Made by a program: the position numbers and the translations under genes. From Mantamonas sphyraenae STR306 (lineage: Eukaryota > Protista > CRuMs): a stretch of 64,000 bases of DNA. Shown in pieces: positions 16,377 to 26,200 of the stretch. Each line of letters starts with the position of its first letter. Within the stretch, counting starts at the first letter, position 1. The stretch covers positions 1 to 64,000 of the forward strand of contig JAPMXV010000040.1 of the NCBI GenBank assembly GCA_026936335.1, written 5' to 3'. The notes below the pieces were generated by a model, which was not told where the DNA came from, ran no database searches, and saw only the letters and a program-made list of their open reading frames with translations.

Positions 16377-16625
16377 ATGTCCATCACGGTCAAAGTCATC
16401 TCCTACACGCGTGAAGAGCATGACGTTGAGGTGGACACAAGCACCTCTGTGGAGGACTTTCGCTCCACGGTGGAGGAGTTGACGTTCACAAAGCCCGAAC
16501 ATCAGCTGCTTGTCACACACTCCAAGCGCATGGAGGACGGCCACGTCCTCAGCGACTACGATGTTGAAGACGGGGATTCCATACAGCTCATCCTCAATAT
16601 GCGCTGCAATGGCCGGGGAGGATGA
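16377..16625 (+). CDS. Single-domain ubiquitin-like protein (82 aa) ending in RGG
   Basis: MSITVKVISYTREEHDVEV...RMEDGHVLSDYDVEDGDSIQLILNMRCNGRGG* aligns with the ubiquitin pattern. Confidence 0.85.
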   Translation: MSITVKVISYTREEHDVEVDTSTSVEDFRSTVEELTFTKPEHQLLVTHSKRMEDGHVLSDYDVEDGDSIQLILNMRCNGRGG

Positions 16626-17284
16626 GCCACGCAAGCTAGAGCAACGGCAGCACAAACTGCAACAAACGCCAGAATCTCTTTGTCGCCACTCTATTGTTGT
16701 TTCCACTCGTCCCTCCATCTCAAGACTCGCTCAACCTCGCACCCGCTATCTCTTGTCACTCCTGCGCCCACGTTCATGCTCTCAGTTGGCCATAGGGCGA
16801 ACGCCAAGCGCGTTTGTAAATTGGCCGGCGTCTTCCCCCCGCACACCGCAGAGCACTGCGCTCCACCCCAGGAGCATCTTCAAGCTCTTGACCTGACGTC
16901 TGCATGACTACCAACCAATCAACCACACCCTGAAACGCCCCCTTCCACTGATCAAAGCTCAGGCAAAACGAAAGCAGACCAACGGCCTTGCCGCACAACT
17001 CAAGACTCCCACGAAACCATCCTCTTTGGTGTTCCCGCCGTACCTCCCCTTGACACATGTGTGACCCACCGTCATGCCCTAGCCCTTCCTGCTTGCATGT
17101 CTCCCGTCACCCCCCTTCCACCCTTCCACCCCCGTCCGATTGTGTTCTCCTCAAGTCTCTTTCTCTCGCTGCACGGCGCACCGCCTTGCCCACACGAAAC
17201 ATCATGACGGAGAACCCATCCACCCACACCAGGGTATGCAATCTCCCAACCCCAGCCACCACCCTTGCGCCGTCCTCTGAATCC

Positions 17285-18091
17285 ATGCAGATCTTCCTCG
17301 GGGTGAGTTTGTGCTCATGCTCTGCACCTGCCCCCCCACAAACTCACACCCTCCCGACGACCGCAACCCTGCCTCTGTAGACACCTATGGGGCACACTAC
17401 CTTGTGCATACACCCAAACACTGCCGTCGACTCCGTCAAAGTGCACCTTGCGCAGTTGTTCGGGATCCCCAAACGCCACCAAGTCCTCACCTTTGCTGGC
17501 CGGCTTCTCGACGACAGCAAAGCGCTGTGCGAGTACAAAGTGACTTCAAACTGCATGTTGCAGCTAAGCCTGCGCTTGTGTGGTGGCTACCAGCTGTATG
17601 TGCGGCGCAGCACGCAGCTGCAGTCGTTCGAATGTTCTGACGAGACCACCGTGCAAGACCTGAAAGACATGCTGAACAGCAAGGAAGGCATCCCATCTAA
17701 CGAGCAGATGTTGTTCCACAACCGAGCGGCGCTGAATGACGGCTCCACCTTGGGTGAGCAGGGCGTGAAAGAAGGCGACGTGCTGGAGCTCGTCCCACGC
17801 CTGAGCACCAAAGGTGACATGACCATTTCCATCCAACAGCTCAGCGGAAGGTCTGTCTCCATCGACGTTGATCTCAATTTTACCATCGAGCAAGTCAAAC
17901 AGGTTGTCGAGGCCAAACTCGACGTTTCTGCCTCCACCCAGCAACTCCTGTACCGTGGGACTGCTCTCGACGACGCTAGCACTCTTGCTGACCACAACAT
18001 CCACCAAGGTGAATCGTTGACCCTTTTCATCCGGCAACAAGACAAAGGGCAAGACAACGAGCAAGAGCAAGTCGTCACAGTCGAACTGTGA
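17285..18091 (+). CDS. Protein with three divergent ubiquitin-like domains; intron 17303-17380
   Basis: MQIFLG|TPMG...QVLTFAGRLLDDSKAL...LRLCGG; unit 2 KEGIPSNEQMLF; unit 3 MTISIQQLSGRSVSIDV...TLADHNIHQGESLTL. GTGAGT...TGTAG intron in phase 0. An in-frame upstream ATG at 17204 is an alternative start. Confidence 0.85.
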
Positions 18092-18094
18092 CAT

Positions 18095-18149
18095 CACAGC
18101 ACACAGCACACAGCACACAGCACACACAGCACACACAGCACACACAGCA
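18095..18149 (+). repeat. (CACAGCA)/(CACAGCACA) microsatellite
   Basis: Seen directly after the stop codon of the tri-UBL gene. Confidence 0.85.
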
Positions 18150-18586
18150 AACGAAACTACCTTCCCCTCCCGCAACAACTCTCTCTTTAGGTCGTGCGCG
18201 CAAAAACCTGTGGTAGAACTGCAGTCGCCGGATTTGCACTTTGGTGGGCCGGTGGCGGTGTTGCTGTTTGTGCTATTACTGCTTGCGTTTGTGTTCGTGA
18301 TGGTTGGTGTGTCATTTCTTTATTGGGAGATTTTCCATCCGATTGATTCGGAGCGCGATGGTGGTGGTGTGGCTCCAACACCCAAAGCCCTCGGCACTCG
18401 CACCGTACTTCAGGCAAGCGTTTGGGCAGCAGAGAGATTCTCTACTGTGAGAACTTTTGATTTTGATGAGTGCGATGAGGCTGGGAACAGGACGCAAGCC
18501 TCGAAGCAATCCAATCCGAAAAAAAAAGGAGGGCTTGCCTGCTCGCTTCTCGTGCTGCTCGAAGTTCCTGTTCTCCCGACGCGACA

Positions 18587-21500
18587 ATGAGCAAGGCGTT
18601 GCAGCGCAAACACATGCGGCGTGTAGAGCGACGCCTCAGCATGGCTTCGTCATCGTCACTCAAGGCGATGGGGCTGCGTGAGCTGGGATTGTGCCGTGAG
18701 GCAAATTGCGCCTGCGAGCAATTTGAGCCGTCACAGCTTTTCGTTCGTGTCTGCGCGTCGTGTGCCCACGCTGTGGCTCTTCACAGCAAGGCTGCCGTAA
18801 ATCCAAACGAGTACGTGGACGAGGACGGCTTCATGTTGGTGAAGGGCATGAAAAGGAGTGGTGCGATCTGCCTGGGGCAACATAGCGAACTTGCCGAATC
18901 GGGAGGGGTCGTTGTGTCCGGCAGCCGCAAGGCTGTGCGAGACACGATCTTTCTGGAAGTGGCCGATTTGCCTGAAATCCGCAAAGATAGCCTAAAGAAG
19001 CAGAGCAATCTCATGGTGCTGTACGAGGTGACGGACGGGGTGCTTCACAAACGAGGAACGAACATCGGAGACTCGAAAGAGCACATCGAGGTGGTCGGTG
19101 ACATCCTGGCGCGGTGTGTGGACGACAAAAGTGTGGTGGAGACCCTGAACGAGCACGAAGTGAACAACATACGGTTGGCACTGGAGGGACTGAAGCGCTC
19201 AGAGACGGTGCCCGTGATTCAGCAGGTCAAGCTCACACATTGCCAACAGATGAGCGACACGCGTTGGGTAGAGCTGCTGGAGGCAGACAACGTGGAACGG
19301 TTGCGTGTGTTACACGTATGCGCCGATGTGCGAGCGCGTCACCGCATGACAGGTCGCGCACTCGGCATGGCCGGCTTGCATCGCCTTCTCTCGGGTCAGC
19401 TGGAAGAACTGGTGTTGGACAATCATGACATTGGAAGGGAGGGTTTGCTCATGTTCTCCACGGTGTTGAAGAATGTGGAGGAGGAACTGGGGGGCCCTCC
19501 TGCTTTGCGGTTCGTCTCGATTGCAAACTCGGGCATTGACCACGTGGCTGCTCGTCTCTTTCTCCACGAGCATCCATATGTGGAAGTGTTGCGCATCACG
19601 ACTGCCACACAACGACGAGAGCGAAGTTTAACGGCCACCGATCGGCTCAACCGAGTTCGCGGCGGCTCGATGACCACAGGTGGGGGTGTTGGCAGCAACA
19701 ACGGCGCAGGCAGCAGCACAGGCGGCGGAGGTACATACGGAGGAGCGGGGGACGCTGGCGATCGCACAGACACGCCGTCGTGGGCAGGCGAAGGCGACGG
19801 ATCGCCGCACGGAGAGACACTTGTGTGGGCCACACTGAGGCAACCGTTGGAGTTTTCATCGTACGAAGCACTGTGCGACCGTGTGGATCAACTTACACAA
19901 GAGTCGCCACAGACACGTGACCTGGTGGTTTCGCAGACGAGCATGAGCGACACTGCACACGGGCGTGTGTGCGTGCTCCCGGACAACGTTCGCCTCTTTC
20001 GAAACCTGGAGCTGCTGGACCTGCGCGAGTCGTGGATCCACGTGGTCAGCTACGAGCTTGTGCAGCGGCATGAACGTGGTCAGATGGCGATTCTGGTGCG
20101 TGAGGGGTTGCAGCTTGTGAGCAAGCCCAGGCGCTCTTTGAAGGACGACATGATTCGCAACAAGGCGTTGCGCTCACGCATTGCCTCTTTTGTGACCATG
20201 GGCGATCGACAGTCCGGATGCAGCTCGGTGTTGGAGCACCTGCAGCTCATATTTGCCCACGGGCGGCGGTACTTTGCCGACTCCCTGGCAGACCGGCGCA
20301 CACAAGGCAAGAAGGAGCTGGAGCACATGGTCGGCATTGACGTCAAGCGTATGGCTCTGCTCGTGAACCAGGACGAGGGGATGGTGGCCACTACGCTGGA
20401 CGTGGGAGGCGCCTTGGACGACGTGCCTGTGCACCCCTTGTTCTGGCGGGGCACCTCTGGAATTGCGCTTCTGATTGTGCGTGCGGTGAGTGTAGACACA
20501 CTCGAGGTTGACCTGGACAACGCAGTCGAGCGATTGCAAACCATGATGGCTGTGGCAGCGGAGCACCACGAAGCGGACTCCCTTCGCGTCTGTGTTGTGA
20601 TCACCCATCTGGACCTGTACGCAGGTGCCTTGAACATGGGTGTGGTTGAAGCACAGGAACAGCTGGAGACAAGGGTGAAAACTGCGCTGGAGACGTCGGC
20701 CATGGAGATGGGTGTGGCCTTGTTGGACGTGTTTGGCGTCGTGACACACCTGCAGCAGGACATGTCACGCGTGGCAGCCTGGCTTGACCAGGAGCTGGAT
20801 GATTCACTGCAAGGCGACATGGTCTCGACGGTGGCCGTGCACACACTAACGCGGCTGTTGCAGAAGTTCCGCTCTGAAACTTCGCAGGAGTGGATTCGCT
20901 TTGACGAGCTCCAATTTCGCATTGCTGCGAACCCAAGCACAGGCATGCACATGGCCGGACGCAACAACGCAGTGCTGCTTGCTGCACTGCAGTACTTGCA
21001 CGACCGCTGCCAGATGCACATTTCCCCACCGCTTTTTGGCAGCATGGTAGACCCGAGCCCGGACACGTGGCTGGTTCTCGACCTTCGCTGGTTGGGGCGT
21101 TTGCTCAGTGTCACGCGTCAAATCCCTCAGCAGGGCGTGGAGACCGACGATGGCAACGGCCACGGCACAAAGATGGCCTCACGTGATGATGACACTCCTG
21201 TGCACGAGTTGTGCATGCGGGAGTTGGCACGCATTGTGGTTGACATGACCCAATCCGAGTACTCTTTGCACGAGTCGCAAGTGTTGCAGCTGGCACGAGC
21301 CGTGCTGCCAGGACTGCGTCGCCTGCGCGAGTACGAGATGCAACTGGAACCTGGCTCCAGCAGTGCCAGTGGCAATGCAGGTGCACTTTCAGGCACATCT
21401 GAATCGTCTCCAGTTCGGCTGCGTTCTGGTACGGGTGGCATGTCTGGAGGCAGTGGCCTGCGAGGTTCTCGTTCGCCGCTGGCGTGGCCGCGTCGCGCAG

Positions 21501-22558
21501 GCGCACAAATCACAGGAGGTGCAATGCGCCAGGAAGGAGGAGGGTCCGACGACAGAGGCACACAATCTGTTGTGGACTGGATGTCAACGTGGCACGAAGC
21601 AGCGGTGAATGATCTGGAGGCAGCCATGCGGTTGGAGTTCCAGCTCAAATCCGGCGATGCAGAGCATGTGCTTATGCTGTGGCGTGAGTTTGACGTTGTC
21701 ACACGCGTGGGCACAGCCGACTTTGTGGTCGTTTCGCTGGCTGAGATGAGGCAAACGCTGAAGCCGTCCTTCTACCGAGCGTCGCGGGGAGAGGCCGTGG
21801 CGGCGTGGGGGTACATCTGGCGCGAGTATGCTCTTGTGGACAGCAACCGTGTGGCACTGGGTGCATTCACGGCCCTGTGGCACAGGATGGAAAGCGAGGC
21901 CGACGTCTCGCGTGTTGTGCGAGGTCGCAACTGGGCGTGTGTGGAGTTTGAGGGTGGATCGAGCGTGTACGTGGTGCGCAACCGCATGCGACAGATGTTG
22001 CTGGTGGTGGGCAAGGGCAGTGGACCAGTGGGCGATCGCATGGTGCAGGTGGAGCAGGTATTGGTCTCTGTGCTCATTGAGCACAAGTCCATGTTGGGCA
22101 TGGATCTGGAACGTTTGTTTGTCTGTCCCAGCTGCTTGTCCGCGAAGGAACACTGGTTGCAGCTGCGCTTCAGCGAGACGACCGTGGAAGAGGTGATGGA
22201 CAAACCCGACACACGCGTGCGCACCTGCAAGCAATGCGATTACGAGACGTTCAGTGCGGAGCAGGTGGTGCTGGGTGGTCTCATGATCACACAGACCCTG
22301 TTGCAGAGTGGTCGCAAGATGCTGGGCGAGACTCTTGAACGGATGCGCACAAACGCCTCGGTGCTTCAGCAGAGCGGGTCATCCAGCCGCCGCAAGACGT
22401 TGGAGCTGCAGAGAGGCAACTCGCAGCGGCGTGTTGTGACGCGTAGCGGTAGCAGCAGTGGCGGCAGTGACAGTAGTAGCAGCAGTAGCAGCAGTAGCAG
22501 CAGTAGTAGCAGCAGCAGCAGAGGTGGTGACGGTGAGAACGTGCGAGTTGAATCGTGA
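18587..22558 (+). CDS. Roco-like protein: Cys/His-rich N-terminal module, LRRs, degenerate Roc GTPase, COR
   Basis: 1323 aa ORF; LRRs (LEELVLDNHDIG, LELLDLRES); Roc-like MGDRQSGCSSVLEHL, VGID, LDVGG, HPLF, VITHLD; COR-like LQYLHD, VLDLRWL, CPSCL. Confidence 0.75.
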   Translation: MSKALQRKHMRRVERRLSMASSSSLKAMGLRELGLCREANCACEQFEPSQLFVRVCASCAHAVALHSKAAVNPNEYVDEDGFMLVKGMKRSGAICLGQHSELAESGGVVVSGSRKAVRDTIFLEVADLPEIRKDSLKKQSNLMVLYEVTDGVLHKRGTNIGDSKEHIEVVGDILARCVDDKSVVETLNEHEVNNIRLALEGLKRSETVPVIQQVKLTHCQQMSDTRWVELLEADNVERLRVLHVCADVRARHRMTGRALGMAGLHRLLSGQLEELVLDNHDIGREGLLMFSTVLKNVEEELGGPPALRFVSIANSGIDHVAARLFLHEHPYVEVLRITTATQRRERSLTATDRLNRVRGGSMTTGGGVGSNNGAGSSTGGGGTYGGAGDAGDRTDTPSWAGEGDGSPHGETLVWATLRQPLEFSSYEALCDRVDQLTQESPQTRDLVVSQTSMSDTAHGRVCVLPDNVRLFRNLELLDLRESWIHVVSYELVQRHERGQMAILVREGLQLVSKPRRSLKDDMIRNKALRSRIASFVTMGDRQSGCSSVLEHLQLIFAHGRRYFADSLADRRTQGKKELEHMVGIDVKRMALLVNQDEGMVATTLDVGGALDDVPVHPLFWRGTSGIALLIVRAVSVDTLEVDLDNAVERLQTMMAVAAEHHEADSLRVCVVITHLDLYAGALNMGVVEAQEQLETRVKTALETSAMEMGVALLDVFGVVTHLQQDMSRVAAWLDQELDDSLQGDMVSTVAVHTLTRLLQKFRSETSQEWIRFDELQFRIAANPSTGMHMAGRNNAVLLAALQYLHDRCQMHISPPLFGSMVDPSPDTWLVLDLRWLGRLLSVTRQIPQQGVETDDGNGHGTKMASRDDDTPVHELCMRELARIVVDMTQSEYSLHESQVLQLARAVLPGLRRLREYEMQLEPGSSSASGNAGALSGTSESSPVRLRSGTGGMSGGSGLRGSRSPLAWPRRAGAQITGGAMRQEGGGSDDRGTQSVVDWMSTWHEAAVNDLEAAMRLEFQLKSGDAEHVLMLWREFDVVTRVGTADFVVVSLAEMRQTLKPSFYRASRGEAVAAWGYIWREYALVDSNRVALGAFTALWHRMESEADVSRVVRGRNWACVEFEGGSSVYVVRNRMRQMLLVVGKGSGPVGDRMVQVEQVLVSVLIEHKSMLGMDLERLFVCPSCLSAKEHWLQLRFSETTVEEVMDKPDTRVRTCKQCDYETFSAEQVVLGGLMITQTLLQSGRKMLGETLERMRTNASVLQQSGSSSRRKTLELQRGNSQRRVVTRSGSSSGGSDSSSSSSSSSSSSSSSSRGGDGENVRVES

Positions 22559-22600
22559 CGCGCCTCGGAATGCAACAGTTCAAAGTTTGCTTCATTGGCA

Positions 22601-22924
22601 ATGTCCGAACGAATCATTTATGTCAAGTTGATAACAGGGAGATTGGTGGGCATCGACATCAATGGCCTGGAAACAGTGTGGGACGTGAAGAAGAAGCTCG
22701 AGGACAAGTTGGACCAGGAGATCCCGGCTGAGGAGATGCACATAATGCACAGGGGAAAGGTGTGGGGAAACGATGAGAATATGTCCAGCATCCGCATCAG
22801 CGAAAAGTTCACCATTCACATGGCTCAGGTTCTGCAGTCCGAGGAGGAGTCTGAAAGCGCAAACGCGTCAGCTGACGACAAACCCACAAGTGAAGGCATA
22901 GAGGGTTCCAGCAATAGCAAATGA
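22601..22924 (+). CDS. Ubiquitin-like domain protein with acidic tail, no diglycine
   Basis: IIYVKLITGRLVGIDINGLETVWDVKKKL...IPAEEMHIMHRGKV...TIHM matches the ubiquitin beta-grasp pattern. Confidence 0.8.
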   Translation: MSERIIYVKLITGRLVGIDINGLETVWDVKKKLEDKLDQEIPAEEMHIMHRGKVWGNDENMSSIRISEKFTIHMAQVLQSEEESESANASADDKPTSEGIEGSSNSK

Positions 22925-23053
22925 ACGGCATGCGAAATGTGATGAGTGGATTCGACCAGTCTCATATTGGGTGGAATCACCAGATGGTCCGTGCGTGGCT
23001 TTTCGTCTCCCGCTGACCCTGCTCTGACTCAGCAAACGCGATTGTTGTTGGCG

Positions 23054-23281
23054 ATGAAGGTCACCGTGGTCACATTGGCCAACACTCAGTTTGAAATCGA
23101 GTTGGAAGCAGCTGACACCGTCGACACGCTGAAGGCCAAGCTTGGAGAGGCCTGCAGCGATGTCGACCCAGAATACGCAACGCTGATTTTCGCTGGCCAC
23201 AGCCTGGAAGACCACCACACCATGGAAGAGAGCAGCATTCAAGATGGCGACAAAGTCTACATGACGGGCACCTTGCGGTGA
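23054..23281 (+). CDS. Single ubiquitin-like protein (75 aa) ending TLR*
   Basis: MKVTVVTLANTQFEIELEAADTVDTLKAKL...LIFAGHSLEDHHTMEESSIQDGDKVYMTGTLR. Confidence 0.83.
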   Translation: MKVTVVTLANTQFEIELEAADTVDTLKAKLGEACSDVDPEYATLIFAGHSLEDHHTMEESSIQDGDKVYMTGTLR

Positions 23282-26200
23282 GGAGAGCAAGCATCGATCA
23301 CAGTGTGTGCGGTGGGTTTCTCAGATTGCATTTTACAGACGGCCGTTTTGCCGGAAATCCCGCTCCTTTTCAGCGCCCACTCTGCAAGTCCACTTTCCTG
23401 CGGTGCTCGTTCTCCTCGTCCTGCTTCTCTCGCGCCACGTTCTCCGCCTCCAGCGCCATGCGCTCCCGTACCTTGACAAACAGCGACGGCGTCGACATGT
23501 ACGTCGTCACATACCCTTGCTGCCTCACAGACGCAAACTTGGCCTTCAGCTTGTCAAAGCTCACCTGCCGGTTCATCGTTTGGTCATCCGATCCAACACT
23601 CGTGCTCTTGCGCATTGCACTCTTGGGCATCTCCAACCTCTTGTCCTTGCCTTTCTCCTTGCCCTTGCCCTTCACATCCCTCTCATCCTCCTCCTCCGCT
23701 TCAGTGTCCACCCCGTCCTCATCTCCATCACGCTCATCCCCTTCATCCTCCTCTTCCTCCTCATCCGCCTCCACGTCCTCCATCGTCACTGTGATCGACG
23801 CTTCTCCCTGTGCCTCTTCCATCTCTTCCGCCATCGTCATGCCACGCACTTCGCCATCGTCGTCCACCTTGATCCCCTTCAGGTCATTGCGTTCCATGCG
23901 CTCAAAACACTCCCGCTCCACACGCGACAGCTGGTTGCGCGTCTCCCGACAGATCTGAATGTGGTTCATCGGCGCTGATGACTCCAAGCGTGCCGCCATC
24001 ACCACGGGAAACCCACCCACCTTCCAAAACCGCCGCTGCGATCCATACACCCCACTCACAACCTCGCCGTAGGCAATGCCGATGCGTGCACCCAGCATCG
24101 CCCCGGCATCCGCGTCCACGAGTTCTCCAGAGTCCATCGCTTCCACGCTGCTCTTCTCTGCCCACTCCACCATCTCAATCGCGGCGTACACTGCTCGCTT
24201 GCACGCGTTGCGTCCCGTCGAGAACGCGAGCACACTGTCGCCTTCGTGGTCCACAACATCCAGCTTGTACTTCTCTGCAATCTGATCCAGGGCTGTGTAT
24301 GTGAGCTTGTGGTGCATGTGAAGCTTGTCAAAGTCGTTGCGGTTGCTGTTTACCCAGCTCGTGTACCCCTTTTGGTCGAGAAGCAACACGGCGCCACTCA
24401 GCACCTCGGGCTCTTCCAGGCTTGCGTTGTTGCTCCATGCCAGACGACGTGGCAGGGTGGCATTCAAAATGTTCTGCTGTGCCTCTTGGTCTGTCACGTA
24501 CTTGGTCGCGTCGAGGATGTTGCCGGCCAGCGTGTTTTCGTCCAGACGCCACACTGTCAGCTTGATTGGGAAGATGATGCCCTTGCCATCTGGTGTGCTG
24601 CGCTTGCCGTACTCAGCTCGCTCCTTGCCCAAAATTTTACTCTCTCGGTCGGCAGCGTGGTCACGGCGATAGCGACGCATGTGACCATCGTGCGCTCGCG
24701 ACGCCTCATCGGGCATGAGGTACTTGATGTTGTACTTGTTCTCCACCCAGTCCTCCACGTTGATCCCAAACATGCGTCCCAGTACCTTGTTGCCTGCCAG
24801 GATTTGGCCCTGTGTGTTGGCCATGATCTGGCCCACCAGCGAGTTTGTAAACACGTTGCGGTACACGGATGCATCCTCGCGGAACGAGCTTGCCTCCTCC
24901 AGCGACTGAATCACAGCCACAAACACCTTGCTCGGTTCGGATGTGTCCTCCATCCCTGCCACGTTGGACAACGGGTGGATTGCAATCGACGCCTTGAACT
25001 CCACATCCTCCCCGTTCACTCCGCGACGTACGGCACGTGTCACCATGGGCTCCTTGGCGTTGACGGTCTGCGAAGGCGGAGCTTCACTCAGATGACGCCA
25101 ACGCTGCATGTAGCGTTTGATGTAGCCGTCGTGGACTCCACGCAGCTTCTCGGGCATCAGAATCTTGATGTCCTTGCCACGCACAAAGTTTTTCGTCATG
25201 CGAAACATGTTTTCAAAGCACTGGTTGACGTCGAGGATGCCGAGGTCGATGTGGTAGGTCAGAACGGCGTTTGTGATGGAATCCAGCACAACTCGTGCGA
25301 ATCCCGCCTCCACTTGCAGATTCAGCAATTCACTGCGAGCTTCTGACATGTCCTCAATGCCTTCAAGGTAACTCATGAGCTCCTGGGTGTCCACAAACTT
25401 GACCAGCTTTGAGCCGACGCCGTTGATGCTGGTCCACGAGCTGGCGGTGCTCTGGCTCACAGCTCGCGACAGTGTCGACGTAGTCGATGCACTTGAATAG
25501 CTGTGTTCCGATGCATTGTCGTTCCAGTCCGGTTTTGCCTTTGCTTCTTCTTGTTGTCGAGAAATGTCCCCGTTCTCTTCCCCGGACCGGGTGGTGTGTT
25601 TCGAATGTTCCCGAACCTTGCCTTTGTGCTTGCCGTTCTCTCGCCACGCTTCCATTTCCGCTCCGTTGTCCCCCCGAGGTGGAGGAGATCCACGTGCATA
25701 TTTCCCGTTGCGTTCCTTACGTGACTTGTGCTTCCCGTTCGACCGGCTGCGGTGTCCAGAGTCTGCAGAGCGGGAAACGTCGTCAAAAATGCCTCCGTTT
25801 CGCGGTTCCTTTCGTCGACGCCGCTCGCTCTGTGGAGTTGACCTCGACTTTGGCGACCCTTCCTCCTCCGAGCTGTAGTAAGTACTAGACATTCTGTGAC
25901 AATTGTGCAATGAAGGAGCGGTTCAGTACATGCGTGCGTGCTTTGGAAACGCTGCGTCCCACGGACGAGAACTACCCAAAACCAAACTTCGAAGGCTTCG
26001 GAAAATGCATGCTGGACAACGAACGTCCATGGCACTCAGTACTTCCAATACAGCCTTCCATGCATGCACATCCACCAGTGTGGGGCCGGAACATGAACCG
26101 TTGGCAGAGTTTGCAACGCACCTCCGAAAAGTGTTTCTCAAGCCAGCGCAAACCCCGTTTTGTTCATTTTTTCAGCGCCCACTTTGCGGCACCTTGCGGT

